A DNA stretch of 64,000 bases from Phaeosaccion multiseriatum (GCA_965112735.1 OZ218954.1:3472001-3536000); one strand, 5' to 3'. Shown: positions 51,790 to 63,080, counted from the first letter of the stretch. Notes: generated by a model not told the origin, from the letters alone. Translations and numbers: made by a program.

Positions 51790-52369
51790 ATTACGTAGTA
51801 CGTAGTACGGCCTGTAGTACGGCCTTAATAATCGGCCCCATGCACGCCTAGCGGCCTAGGCCTTGGGAAAATTGCCCGGCCTAGCGAGGGCCGTAGGCCC
51901 TCAGCCTATTTATATGCTGCCGCCTAGGGCAGACGCCAGCCAACTAGGCGGACGGTGGGAGTGCCCAGCCACAGTGCAAAGAGTAGTCAGTTTCATTGCA
52001 TGGGATTGGAAGTGAGGAGTAGATTTGGTTCGTGTTGTCTCTTCCGCCTCGCTGGCCCTACGAGGAGTGCAGGCCTACAGGTGTGCTGTTACCCACTGGC
52101 TGGGCGGCACCACGCACGCGCCCACGGTCACTGGGAGGCTGCCTAGAGGCGGGCTATATAGGCCGCCTAGGACTGAAAAGTGAGCGGCCTAGAGCGGCCT
52201 AGAGCAAAACCGCTACGCGTACGTTATGGTTTATCTGATTACTGATTATGGGCCACCCGGCCTGATTTCGGCTCCAGATTGGCCTAGAAGCCTAAGCCTA
52301 GAGCCGAAATTCGGCCGGCCTATAGGGGGGCCGCAGCCCCCCCGCCCGGCCTACCCCGGCCTAGGCCTA
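51790..52369. mobile_element. Probable DNA-transposon subterminal region rich in GGCCTAG/CTAGGC motifs
   Basis: More than 10 GCCTAG-type motifs. Positions 52268-52300 are the inverted copy of 54368-54394. No ORF. Confidence 0.4.
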
Positions 52370-52500
52370 TCGACCCTGGATAAGATTACGGTGTGCGCCG
52401 ACCGCTAATCAGTAATCAGCCCCCGGCTGGCGCAGAATCAGTACTCAGGCCGGCTGGCGCCGGTCATAATCAATAATCAGATAATCTTGTCCAGGGTCGA
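52370..52500. mobile_element. 131-bp MITE-like element with terminal inverted repeats
   Basis: TCGACCCTGGATAAGATTA ... TAATCTTGTCCAGGGTCGA, with internal TAATCAG and GCCGGCTGGCGC repeats. Confidence 0.65.
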
Positions 52501-52589
52501 CTCCCTCCCTCCCTCCCTCCTTCGCTCCCTCCCTCCCTCCCTCCCTCCCTCCCTCCCTCCCTCCCTCCCCCCCTCCCTCCCTCCCTCCC

Positions 52590-54000
52590 TCCCTCCCTCC
52601 CTCCCTCCCTCCCTCCGCCCCTCCCTTTCTCCCTCTTTCTATCCCTCCATCCTTCCTCTCTCCCTCTATCCCGCTATTCCTCCCTGTGGAATGTCGATTC
52701 GTAAGTCAATGGCCCAGTCCCAGACAGATACGGTGAGAACGAGTTTTGTGGCTCTCACTATCCTATGTGCGTAGGTGGTCGTTTAGGACTAGCATGCGAT
52801 AAGTTAATAGAGGCAAGGCTGGCTGCTAGGCTGGCTTTGGGGTTGCTGTTACCTTGTCCGTGTCTAGTTCTATCCTATCTGTAGGCGACAGCGCATGTCG
52901 TTTTACATCCCTCCCTACCTCCTTCTATCCCTCTACCCCTCTCCCTCCCTCCCTCCCTCCCTCTCTCTACACCTCCCTCCCTCCCTCTACACCTCCCACC
53001 CTTCCTCCCTCCCTCCCTCCCTCCCTCCCACCCTCCCTCTGTCCCTCCCTCCCTCCCTCCCTCCCTCCCTCCCTCCCTCCCTCCCTCCCTCCCTCCCTCC
53101 CTCCCTCCCTCCCTCCCTCCCTCCCTCCCTCCCTCCCTCCCTCCCTCCCTCCCTCCCTCCCTCCCTCCCTCCCTCCCTCCCTCCCTCCCTCCCTCCCTCC
53201 CTCCCTCCCTCCCTCCCTCCCTCCCTCCCTCCCTCCCTCCCTCCCTCCCTCCCTCCCTCCCTCCCTCCCCTCCCTCCCTCCCTCCCTCCCTCCCTCCCTC
53301 CCTCCCTCCCTCCCTCCCTCCCTCCCTCCCTCCCTCCCTCCCTCCCTCCCTCCCTCCCTCCCTCCCTCCCTCCCTCCCTCCCTCCCTCCCTCCCTCCCTC
53401 GCTCCCTCCCTCCCTCCCTCCCTCCCTCCCTCCCTCCCTCCCTCCCTCCCTCCCTCCCTCCCTCCCTCCCTCCCTCCCTCCCTCCCTCCCTCCCTCCCTC
53501 CCTCCCTCCTTCTCTCCCTCCCTCCCTCCCTCCCTCCCTCCCTCTCTCCGCCCCTCCCTTCCTCCTTCCTTCTATCCCTTCCTCCCTCCCTCTCTCTCTC
53601 TATCCCGCTATCCCTCCGCCCTCCCTACCTCCTCGTATCCGTCTATCCCACTGTCCCTCCCTCCCTCCCTCCCTCCGCCCCTCCCTTTCTCCCTCTTTCT
53701 ATCCCTCCATCCTTCCTCTCTCCCTCTATCCCGCTATTCCTCCCTGTGGAATGTCGATTCGTAAGTCAATGGCCCAGGCCCAGGCAGATACGGTGAGAAC
53801 GAGTTTTGTGGCTCTCACTATCCTATGTGCGTAGGTGGTCGTTTAGGACTAGCATGCGATAAGTTAATAGAGGCAAGGCTGGCTGCTAGGCTGGCTTTGG
53901 GGTTGCTGTTACCTTGTCCGTGTCTAGTTCTATCCTATCTGTAGGCGACAGCGCATCATGTCGTTTTACATCCCTGCCTCCCACCCTCCCTCCCTCTACC
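52590..54000. repeat. Direct duplication of a ~350-bp segment (offset 1060 bp) separated by a (CCCT)n tract
   Basis: TCCCTGTGGAATGTCGATTC at 52681 and 53741; ACCTTGTCCG at 52851 and 53911. Confidence 0.9.
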
Positions 54001-54123
54001 CCTCTGTCCCTCCCTCCCTCCCTCCCACCCTCCCTCTACACCTCCCTCCCTCCCTCCCTCCCTCCCTCCCTCCCACCCTCCCTCTGTCCCTCCCTCCCTC
54101 CCTCCCTCCCTCTCTCCCTCCCT

Positions 54124-54503
54124 TCGACCCTGGACAAGATTACGGTGTGCGCCGGCCGTAATCAGTAATCAGCCCCCGGCTGGCGCGGCGCGGCGGCGCG
54201 CATAATCAGTAATCAGGCCGGCTGTAATCAGCAACCAGGCCGGCTGGCGCCATAAATCAGTAATCAGGCCGGCTGCGCCGGCCGTAACCAGTAATCAGAT
54301 AGGTCGAGGCCTAAGCCTAGAACTGCCGGCCTAGGGAGAAAAAATGGCCGGCCTAGGGCCTAGAGCGTAGGCTTCTAGGCCAGTCTGGAGCCGACTGATT
54401 ACTGATTATGGCGCCAGCCGGGCCTCAGTACTGTATATGGCGCCAGCCGGCCTGATTACTGATTGACGTCCGGGGAAAATGTAACCTTGTCCAGCAGGGT
54501 CGA
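54124..54503. mobile_element. Second, longer copy of the TCGA-CCCTGG MITE-like element with a nested GGCCTAG-rich segment
   Basis: TCGACCCTGGACAAGATTACGGTGTGCGCCG ... GTAACCTTGTCCAGCAGGGTCGA, with multiple TAATCAG/CTGATTA repeats in both orientations. Confidence 0.6.
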
Positions 54504-54758
54504 TCGTACCCGATCGTATCCCTCCGACTCGTCAGTCCGATTGAGAAGTCGACAGAGCCAAGGCTTAACAAATCAATACAATATAGACCATATCTTGGGA
54601 TATAATCCAATGGAGAGTTTGACCCAAAAAAAAAAAAAAATGAATTATAGCCCGTCCGTTCAGACAGCACTTGAGTGGCCCGTGATGTCCATCTCCCTCT
54701 CTTTCTCTCTCTCTTCTCTCCTCTCTCCCTACCTCTCTTATCTCTCTCTGTCTTTCCC

Positions 54759-54795
<37 letters not shown>

Positions 54796-54808
54796 ATTGG
54801 GCGATTGC

Positions 54809-57171
54809 CTATTCGTTGAGACTCTTCTTCCGCTTCTTTGCGGGGAGGGAGCCCTTGGCAAGCAGTGTGGACACATCGCTGATGAAGGCGGTGTCCGTGG
54901 GAAGCACTCCAGGCCTGAGGGAACGGAGGCGGCGATGGCACCAGACGGGGGCAATAGCAAAGGCGGACAGAAGGGGGGCAGGGGGCAGAGAAGTAAGACA
55001 GGGAAGAGGGAAGGGAGGAGGACACGAGAAGGGAAGCGAAGATCAAGAGAGAGAAGAGGGAAGGGAGGAGGAGACGAGAAGGGAAGCGAAGATCAAGAGA
55101 GGGAAGAGGGGAAAGGGTAGGGGCAACCATCTACCCACACCCATAGATTGCCATCCGTTGTGTAGCGTGAGAGCTTTTGATGATTCGGTAACCCACAAGC
55201 CTCGGAAACCCCTCTCTCTCCCTCTTTCTCCCTCTCCCTGCCTCTCTGTCTGTCTGCATCAGTGCCCCTCTCAGTCTCACTTTCTCACTGTCTCCCTCTT
55301 CCTCTCTCCTCCCCTGGCGCTCTTTATCTCGCTTCCCCTCTCGCTCCCTCTCTGCGCTTGCTGTCTCCCTCCCCCATCTCTACTCTCCCTCTCTCTCTCG
55401 TTCTGTCTCCTTCTCCCCCTCTTCTCTTTCTACCGCCTTACTCTCTCTCTCTGTCTCCCTCTCTCTCTCGTTCTGTCTCCTTCTCCCCCTCTTCTCTTTC
55501 TACCGCCTTACTCTCTCTCTGTCTCCCTCTCTCCTTCACTCTCTCCCTCTCTCTCTCGTTCTGTCTCCTTCTCCCCCTCTTCTCTTTCTACCGCCTTACT
55601 CTCTCTCTCTGTCTCCCTCTCTCCTTCACTCTCTCCCTCTCTCTCTCGTTCTGTCTCCTTCTCCCCCTCTTCTCTTTCTACCGCCTTACTCTCTCTCTGT
55701 CTCCCTCTCTCCTTCACTCTCTCCCTCTCTCTCGTTCTGTCTCCTTCTCCCCCTCTTCTCTTTCTACCGCCTTACTCTCTCTCTCTGTCTCCCTCTCTCC
55801 TTCACTCTCTCCCTCTCTCTCTCGTTCTGTCTCCTTCTCCCCCTCTTCTCTTTCTACCGCCTTACTCTCTCTCTCTGTCTCCCTCTCTCCTTCACTCTCT
55901 CCCTCTCTCTCTCGTTCTGTCTCCTTCTCCCCCTCTTCTCTTTCTACCGCCTTACTCTCTCTCTCTGTCTCCCTCTCTCTCTCGTTCTGTCTCCTTCTCC
56001 GCCTCTTCTCTTTCTACCGCCTTACTCTCTCTCTCTGTCTCCCTCTCTCCTTCACTCTCTCCCTCTCTCTCTCGTTCTGTCTCCTTCTCCCCCTCTTCTC
56101 TTTCTACCGCCTTACTCTCTCTCTCTGTCTCCCTCTCTCCTTCACTCTCTCCCTCTCTCTCTCGTTCTGTCTCCTTCTCCCCCTCTTCTCTTTCTACCGC
56201 CTTACTCTCTCTCTCTGTCTCCCTCTCTCCTTCACTCTCTCCCTCTCTCTCTCGTTCTGTCTCCTTCTCCCCCTCTTCTCTTTCTACCGCCTTACTCTCT
56301 CTCTCTGTCTCCCTCTCTCCTTCACTCTCTCCCTCTCTCTCGTTCTGTCTCCTTCTCCTCCTCTTCTCTTTCTACCGCCTTACTCTCTCTCTCTGTCTCC
56401 CTCTCTCCTTCACTCTCTCCCTCTCTCTCTCGTTCTGTCTCCTTCTCCCCCTCTTCACTTTCTACCGCTTTACTCTCTCTCTCTGTCTCCCTCTCTCCTT
56501 CACTCTCTCCCTCTCTCTCTCGTTCTGTCTCCTTCTCCCCCTCTTCTCTTTCGACCGCCTTACTCTCTCTCTCTGTCTCCCTCTCTCCTTCACTCTCTCC
56601 CTCTCCCTCTCGTTCTGTCTCCTTCTCCTCCTCTTCTCTTTCGACCGCCTTACTCTCTCTCTCTGTCTCCCTCTCTCCTTCACTCTCTCCCTCTCTCTCT
56701 CGTTCTGTCTCCTTCTCCTCCTCTTCTCTTTCGACCGCCTTACTCTCTCTCTCTGTCTCCTTCTCTCCTTCACTCTCTCCCTCTCTCTCTCGTTCTGTCT
56801 CCTTCTCCCCCTCTTCTCTTTCTACCGCTTTACTCTCTCTCTCTGTCTCCCTCTCTCCTTCCCTCTCTCTCTCTCCCTCTCTCCTTCCCTCTCTCCCTCT
56901 CTCCCTCTCTCCTTCCCTCTCTCCCCTTCTCTCATCTCTCTCTGTCTCCCTCTCTCCTTCACTCTCCCTCTCCCCTTCTCTTCTCTCACCGATAGCGCCG
57001 CACGGGCTTGCCTGAGGCGTCTAACAAAAACTTCTCGAAGTTCCAATTCACTTTGCCTGGGGGCACAGGGTAGGAAGGTGAGGAAAGGAAGGAGAGAGAG
57101 ATGTGTAAATAGAGAGAGAAGATAGAGCTACAGAGGGGAGGGGGGGCAGAGAGAGGGACAGGAGAAGAGAG

Positions 57172-57215
<44 letters not shown>

Positions 57216-57250
57216 GAGAGAGAGAAGAGAGGACAGAGAAGAGAGAGAGA

Positions 57251-57300
<50 letters not shown>

Positions 57301-57836
57301 AGGACAGAGAGAAGAGAGAGAGAGACAGGACGGCACTCTGAAGGATGGCAGTCCATGGATGGCGATGGCAGTGGAAGGAAGGGAGGAGAGCTCTCCGGAT
57401 GGCTCGACTTCCAACAGCCACGCCGCAGCCACACACTACTCAACAGCAACACCACAGCCACACAGCACTCAACTGTATCCGCTGAGCTCGGGCTCATAGG
57501 ACTTGAGCGCCACGTACAAAGGACATGTGCCCGACCCGTTCACTTCCACCTGAGGGCAGGGAGGGCAGAGAGGGGAGGGGAGGGGAGGGGAGGCGAGGGG
57601 AAGGGAGGGGGCAGCAGCAGCAGCAGTAGCAGTAGCAGCAGTAGTAGTAGGGGCAATTAGGCAAAGGAGGTTCGAGAAAGCGGATGGCAGTGGACGGCAG
57701 TGGATGGCCCTCAGTGGATGGGACGGTATTGCATGGGAGGGACGGTTACTTAACTTTCTGTCTATCTATCTATCTCTAGATCGATCTCTATGTATCCATC
57801 TATCTATACGTTTGTATATCCATCTATCCATTATCC

Positions 57837-57871
<35 letters not shown>

Positions 57872-59402
57872 CGTTTGTCCATCTCCACGAACACCGCCGA
57901 CACGGACCTTATCAAAGATGGGAAAGTCCACTCCGAAGCGAGCTTTGACATCCTTGCGGATCACTGACTCCTCCTCCGGCTCTGGAGAGGGGAGAGGGAG
58001 GGGAGTGATGGAGAGGATATTCAAGACGAGAACAAGGAAGGGGAAAGAGAGAGGTGGGGGAGAAAGAGTAAGTAAGAGAGAGGACGGCCGGGGGGGGGGA
58101 GACCAGACATTACGTCACCACACACAACATCAGAGAAAGGGAGATCCATGCAATCTAACAACCGTCCACGATCGACGTAACCGCCATTTAAGAGCCACCC
58201 CACAGCCATCCCAGAGTCATCCACAAGCTGTCATCTTAAGAGCCCATCTGCTGCCATTTCACCTTGTGCTCCGAATTGGTTGCAGGGAAAGGCGAGGATG
58301 CGCAGCCCTTTGCCTGCCACAAGTTTGTCGAGTTCCACGAGGTCCTTGTACTGAGGGGTGAGGGCACAGTAGGAGGCCACGTTGACCACGAGCGTTGCTT
58401 TGCCCAGTAAGTCTCCGATTTTGAGGGGTTTTCCCTGGTTGTTCAGGGAGAGAGAGAGGGAGGCAGCGAGGGGAGGGACGGGAGAGGAGGAGGGGACGGA
58501 GGGAGAGGAGGGAGGGAGGGAGGGAGGGAGAGGAGGGAGGAGGAGGGAGGGAGGGAGGGAGGGAGGGAGGGAGGGAGGGAGGGAGGGAGGGAGGGAGGGA
58601 GGGAGGGAGGGAGGGAGGGAGGGAGGGAGGGAGGGAGGGAGGGAGGGAGGGAGGGAGGGAGGGAGGGAGGGAGGGAGGGAGGGAGGGAGGGAGGGAGGGA
58701 GGGAGGGAGGGAGGGCGGGCGGGAGGGAGGGAGGGAGGGAGGGAGGGACAGAGGGCAAGAGGAAATGAGTGACCACCCCCCGGCTCCTCTGCTTATCACC
58801 TTCTATTTAGGAGGAAGACAGGGGCTCTCCTCTGGAGTCATTCTCTCTCTGTGTGTCCTTTTGTCGCGCGCGCTCTCTCTCTCTCTTTCTCTCATCCTTT
58901 CTGTCTCGTTATCTTTCTTCTCTCCATCTCACTCTCTCCATCTCCATCTGTCCCTCTCTGTCTCTCCCTCCCTCTTCATCTCTCTCTCTCTCTCTCTCTC
59001 TCCCCTCCTCCTCCTCCTCCTCCTCCTCTCTCTCTCATGTTCGCCTCTCACCTCCATCTGCACCGTCACAGCTGCCACATCGAGCGGAGCGGCAAAGTCC
59101 ACTGCCGGCAGCCCCGTTGCGAGAGCCACGACGGAAGAGACCGAAGCCACTGACCGAATCACCATGTCCTTGCGATTGCATCCAGAGTCGTGTCCTACTG
59201 GCCTCTCCTCTCCCTCCTCCTCACCTCCTCCTGTCCTCCCCTGCACAGACACGGCCCTGCTGCAACGAGTGCTGCCCGAGGAGGGTCCATTTACGCGGGC
59301 GTTCCCCCTCTTCACCATCACCTGCCCCGTCATTGGCGGACAGAAGGCGCATACAAGACAGGCGCTGTGGATGAGCAGCGCGAGGAGGAGGAGGAGGAGC
59401 AT
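54809..59402 (-). CDS. GPX: Cys-type glutathione peroxidase (GPX family), plastid/lumen-targeted, 6 exons
   Basis: Exons ~59402-59052, 58435-58263, 57980-57908, 57549-57474, 57056-56990 and 54914-54809. Motifs GKATLVVNVASYCALT (TGT, Cys not Sec), ILAFPCNQFGAQE, FPIFDKVEVNG and VNWNFEKFLLD. Leader MLLLLLLALLIHSACLVCA-F. Confidence 0.92.
55390..56985. repeat. ~90-bp pyrimidine-rich tandem repeat (~18 copies) filling the last GPX intron
   Basis: CTCGTTCTGTCTCCTTCTCC...TTTCTACCGCCTTACTC recurs at 55981, 56071, 56161, 56251 and onward. Confidence 0.92.
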
Positions 59403-59521
59403 TTTTCTGTATTGGCTTTCTGACTACAACTTATTGATTTATCCAGCATCTGTGATTTGCAGCGGATGTGAAGTGTGGAAGGATAGAAGGGGGGGAAAGA
59501 GGAGAAGCGGTTAATTGCATC
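59403..59521. promoter_or_regulatory. Very short divergent intergenic region (probable bidirectional promoter or overlapping 5' UTRs)
   Basis: GPX ATG at 59402 (-) and amidohydrolase ATG at 59522 (+) are 119 bp apart. Confidence 0.5.
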
Positions 59522-60635
59522 ATGAAGATCGATGCATACACTCACTTTGCGTGCGAGGCTTTGATGCAGCACCTGGAGGCCCACGCCGGCAAGCCTATGA
59601 TCTTCAGGGGGCTTTTCAATAAGATCAAGGAGCTCTGCGACATTCAAGGTGAGGAAAGAGGGCGAAGAGAAGGGAATTGCCAGTACCAGCAACGCTCGAA
59701 GAACTGGCGAGAGAAGTGGCGCCCCACCCTCCTCGACACATGGTTTCCTCACACCATCCTCCCTTCTCTAAGCATCCCCCCCCCCCCCAAATCTACCTCC
59801 AGCTCGAATCGCTTACATGGATCTTCACAGGGTGGACGCACATGTTCTGGTGCCGCTGCCATGGATTGAGCTCGATCCTGCTCTTCACGCAAACGCGGAG
59901 CGTAGCTTGGAGGTGACTTGATTCTTGCCAATTCTAGTATTGCTTGGGCCCGGTGATCAGTCACTCCGTCCACTCCGGAAGGGGTGAGACCCTTTCTCTC
60001 TACGTGTGTCTCCCCCTGCCTGCCTCTCTCTCTCCCACTCTCTTTGTCTCTGTCCATCTCTCTCATTCCCTCTCCCTATCTGTGTGTGTCTTTCTCTCGC
60101 ACCTCTTCGTTTTTGTGTCCCACTTCGGCGCCCTGCCCCTCCGCTGACCCACCCACACACACACGGGTATCCTTTTTGTCCTTCCCTTGTAATGGCCTTC
60201 CCTCACCTCCCCTCCCACCACTCCACATCGCTCCGGCCGACAGGCATGTAGAGTGGCAAACGACGCAATGATGGAGGTGGTCAATACTCACCCGGACCGC
60301 TTCTTGGGTGTGGCGTTACTCCCCACCGTCACCAGTGCAGGTACCCTCCTCTTTCTTCCCATCCTCCTTCTCTTCCTCCTCCTCCTCCCCCTCCTCCTCC
60401 TCCTCCTCCTCCTCCTCCTCCTCCTCCTCCTCCTCCTCCTCGTCCTCCTCCTCATTGCTCCTCCTCTTCTTCTCCTGCTGCTGCTCCTCCTCCCTCGTCG
60501 TCCTCCTCCTTGCTCCTCCTATTCTTCTTCCCTCCTGCTCCTCCTGCTCCTCCTGGTCTTCCGTATCTCTCTTCAAACTACAACTCAAACACACACCCTC
60601 CCACACACCTATTGGCCCACACGCACTCACACCCA

Positions 60636-60698
<63 letters not shown>

Positions 60699-61685
60699 CA
60701 TGGTCCAAGAGGCTCGGCGTGCACTGACAGAGCTCGGCATGGCGGGAGTCGTGCTCTTCTGCGGACCCACTGTGAAGCCGCTTGACGACCCCTCCTTCGA
60801 GGCCCTGTACGCCATTTGTGAACAGCTGGGGGCTCCGGTGTGGGTGCATCCGTGTCGGCCCCAGTCCTATGCGGATTACGACACACTCAAGGGGGAGGGC
60901 AGCAAGTATCAGGTCAGTAAGTCTGTTGGCAGGCACAGTGGAGGGGAGCAAGTGCTAGTTTGTGGTGTAGGTGGTGCACCCATCTTCTCTCTCAATCTCC
61001 CCGCGCCCCTCCCCTCCCCGATACCCCCTTCTCTCTCTCTGTGTGTGTGTGTGTGCCTCTCTCGCTATACGTCACATTACCCTGCCCTCAGATATGGAAC
61101 AGCTTGGGTTGGGTATACGACACATCTGTAAACATGGTGCACATGGCCATGGGCGGTGTCTTTCAAAGGTGCGTATCACCAGTTGCTACACCCCTCTCTT
61201 GTTCATGGGTGGACATGAAGATGCATACTATATCACCAACTGGTGTAGCGCTCCTCAGCAACACACTACCCTCCCCATCCTCTGCCATCCACTGCCATCC
61301 ACTACCATCCGCTGCCATCCATCCATAGATACCCCAACCTCAAAGTCGTTACGCACCATCACGGAGGCATGATCCCTGTCTGCGCAGAGCGCTTTGTGAC
61401 TCAGCAGGGCAACTTCGAGACTAAGGGCGGGGATCTAATGGAGGATATGAGGCTCTTTTACTGCGACACCGCCACCTTTGGAGTCTGCCCGAGTGCTATT
61501 CAGCAGGTGGGGAAGGGGAAGAGGAAGGGGAAGAGGAAGGGGAAGAGCAGAAGTATCTATATGTGCGTCTACCCTCCCTCCCTCTCTCTCTCTCTGTATC
61601 TATATATATATATATATATCACTCACACACACACATATATATATATATATGCACACACCCTCTCTCTCCCCCCCCTCTCCTCTCC

Positions 61686-61717
<32 letters not shown>

Positions 61718-62344
61718 GTCAGTCGCGTGACTACTTCGGCAACGAACGCGTCCTCTTCGGCACCGACACCCCTATGGACATGGGCAGGAGCGGCTTCTTC
61801 ACCCGTACCACCAAAGAGGGCATCGAGTCGCTGCCAGCTGTGACCAAGGAGGAGAAGGAGGCCCTGTACGCAGGTGCGTGTGCTGCTGTCGAGTTATTCC
61901 ATCTGTTGGTCGGTCTGTCTGTCTGCCTGTCTGTCTATCCCTCTCCCCGCCCTTATTGAATGACCAACCGCTCTACATGGACTGTATATCCAACGCGATC
62001 CCTCTCCCTTGTGTATTGAATACCCAACACCTCTACCTGTGATCCCAGGTAACGCGTGTCGTATGCTCGGCATCGACCCTACAAGAGGAAGGGCAGCGCT
62101 CAAGGACGTAGCCAAGGTAGGGAGGGGATGGCAGTTTCGTGGCAGTGGATGGGGAAGTGAAGTGATGGTGGGGAGGAGAGGGATGGCAGTAGATGGGGAA
62201 ATATATACAGGCCTCCATCCACCTCCCCATCCATACGCCTCTTCTGTAACCGCTCTTCCACCGCCCCCCCCCCTTCTGGTACCGTTCTCTCCTCCTACCC
62301 AGAACCGGAGGAGTCGAGTGCGTCGCTTGCGCGCACATTTATAA
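59522..62344 (+). CDS. Amidohydrolase-2 family protein (ACMSD/aromatic-acid decarboxylase-like), 9 exons
   Basis: MKIDAYTHF, ACRVANDAMMEVVNTHPDRFLGVALLP, KPLDDPSFEALYAICEQLGAPVWVHP, GVFQRYPNLKVVTHHHGGMIP, LFYCDTA, FGNERVLFGTDTPMD, ALYAGNACRMLGI; ends RRLRAHL*. Confidence 0.9.
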
Positions 62345-62555
62345 CGTTTGTAGTGCATGCCGATCGATCGCTGGGGAGATGGCAACTGATGCCGGCACAC
62401 ACACTACAGGCGGCTGGATCGATAGATGGCAGCCGATGGCGGCATTTTGACGGGGCCGATCCATGGCATCGCGACTGCTTTGGTCACCAGAACACACGTC
62501 ACACATAAGTGAGAACGGAGTTCAGCTGTGTTGGATGGAGGATGTAAATACTCAG

Positions 62556-63080
62556 GATTTGAATCACATTAATACAAGTGTTTCTTCTACTCGTACATGT
62601 ATCGCTTCTTGAGAGGCATGATTTGAATCACATTAATACAACTAGTGTTTCTTCTACTCGTACATGTATCGCTTCTTGAGAGGCATGATTTGAATCACAT
62701 TAATACAAGTGTTTCTTCTACTCGTACATGTATCGCTTCTTGAGAGGCATGATTTGAATCACATTAATACAAGTGTTTCTTCTTCTACTCGTACATGTAT
62801 CGCTTCTTGAGAGGCATGATTTGAATCACATTAATACAAGTGTTTCTTCTTCTACTCGTACATGTATCGCTTCTTGAGAGGCATGATTTGAATCACATTA
62901 ATACTAGTGTTTCTTCTACTCGTACATGTATCGCTTCTTGAGAGGCATGATTTGAATCACATTAATACAAGTGTTTCTTCTTCTACTCGTACATGTATCG
63001 CTTCTTGAGAGGCATGATTTGAATCACATTAATACAAGTGTTTCTTCTACTCGTACATGTATCGCTTCTTGAGAGGCATG
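62556..63080. repeat. 64-67 bp AT-rich tandem repeat, ~8 copies
   Basis: Unit GATTTGAATCACATTAATACAAGTGTTTCTTCTACTCGTACATGTATCGCTTCTTGAGAGGCAT with small 3-nt indels. Confidence 0.95.

Noticed and set aside
52854-53834. Long PSLP-repeat ORFs (also at 38438-39613, 9893-10788 and 47309-48034)
   Set aside because: They are microsatellite translations without stops, mostly not genes; the only coding part is a real Pro-rich exon in another frame at 38628-38815.
54675-57125. 816-aa and 577-aa Ser/Leu-rich ORFs
   Set aside because: These are translations of the pyrimidine tandem repeat antisense to a GPX intron.
58355-58375. Selenocysteine GPX
   Set aside because: The active-site codon is TGT (Cys). 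The TGA near 57470 lies in the intron after the donor.
62556-63080. CRISPR-like array
   Set aside because: Units are identical end to end with no unique spacers, no cas genes are present, and the context is eukaryotic.
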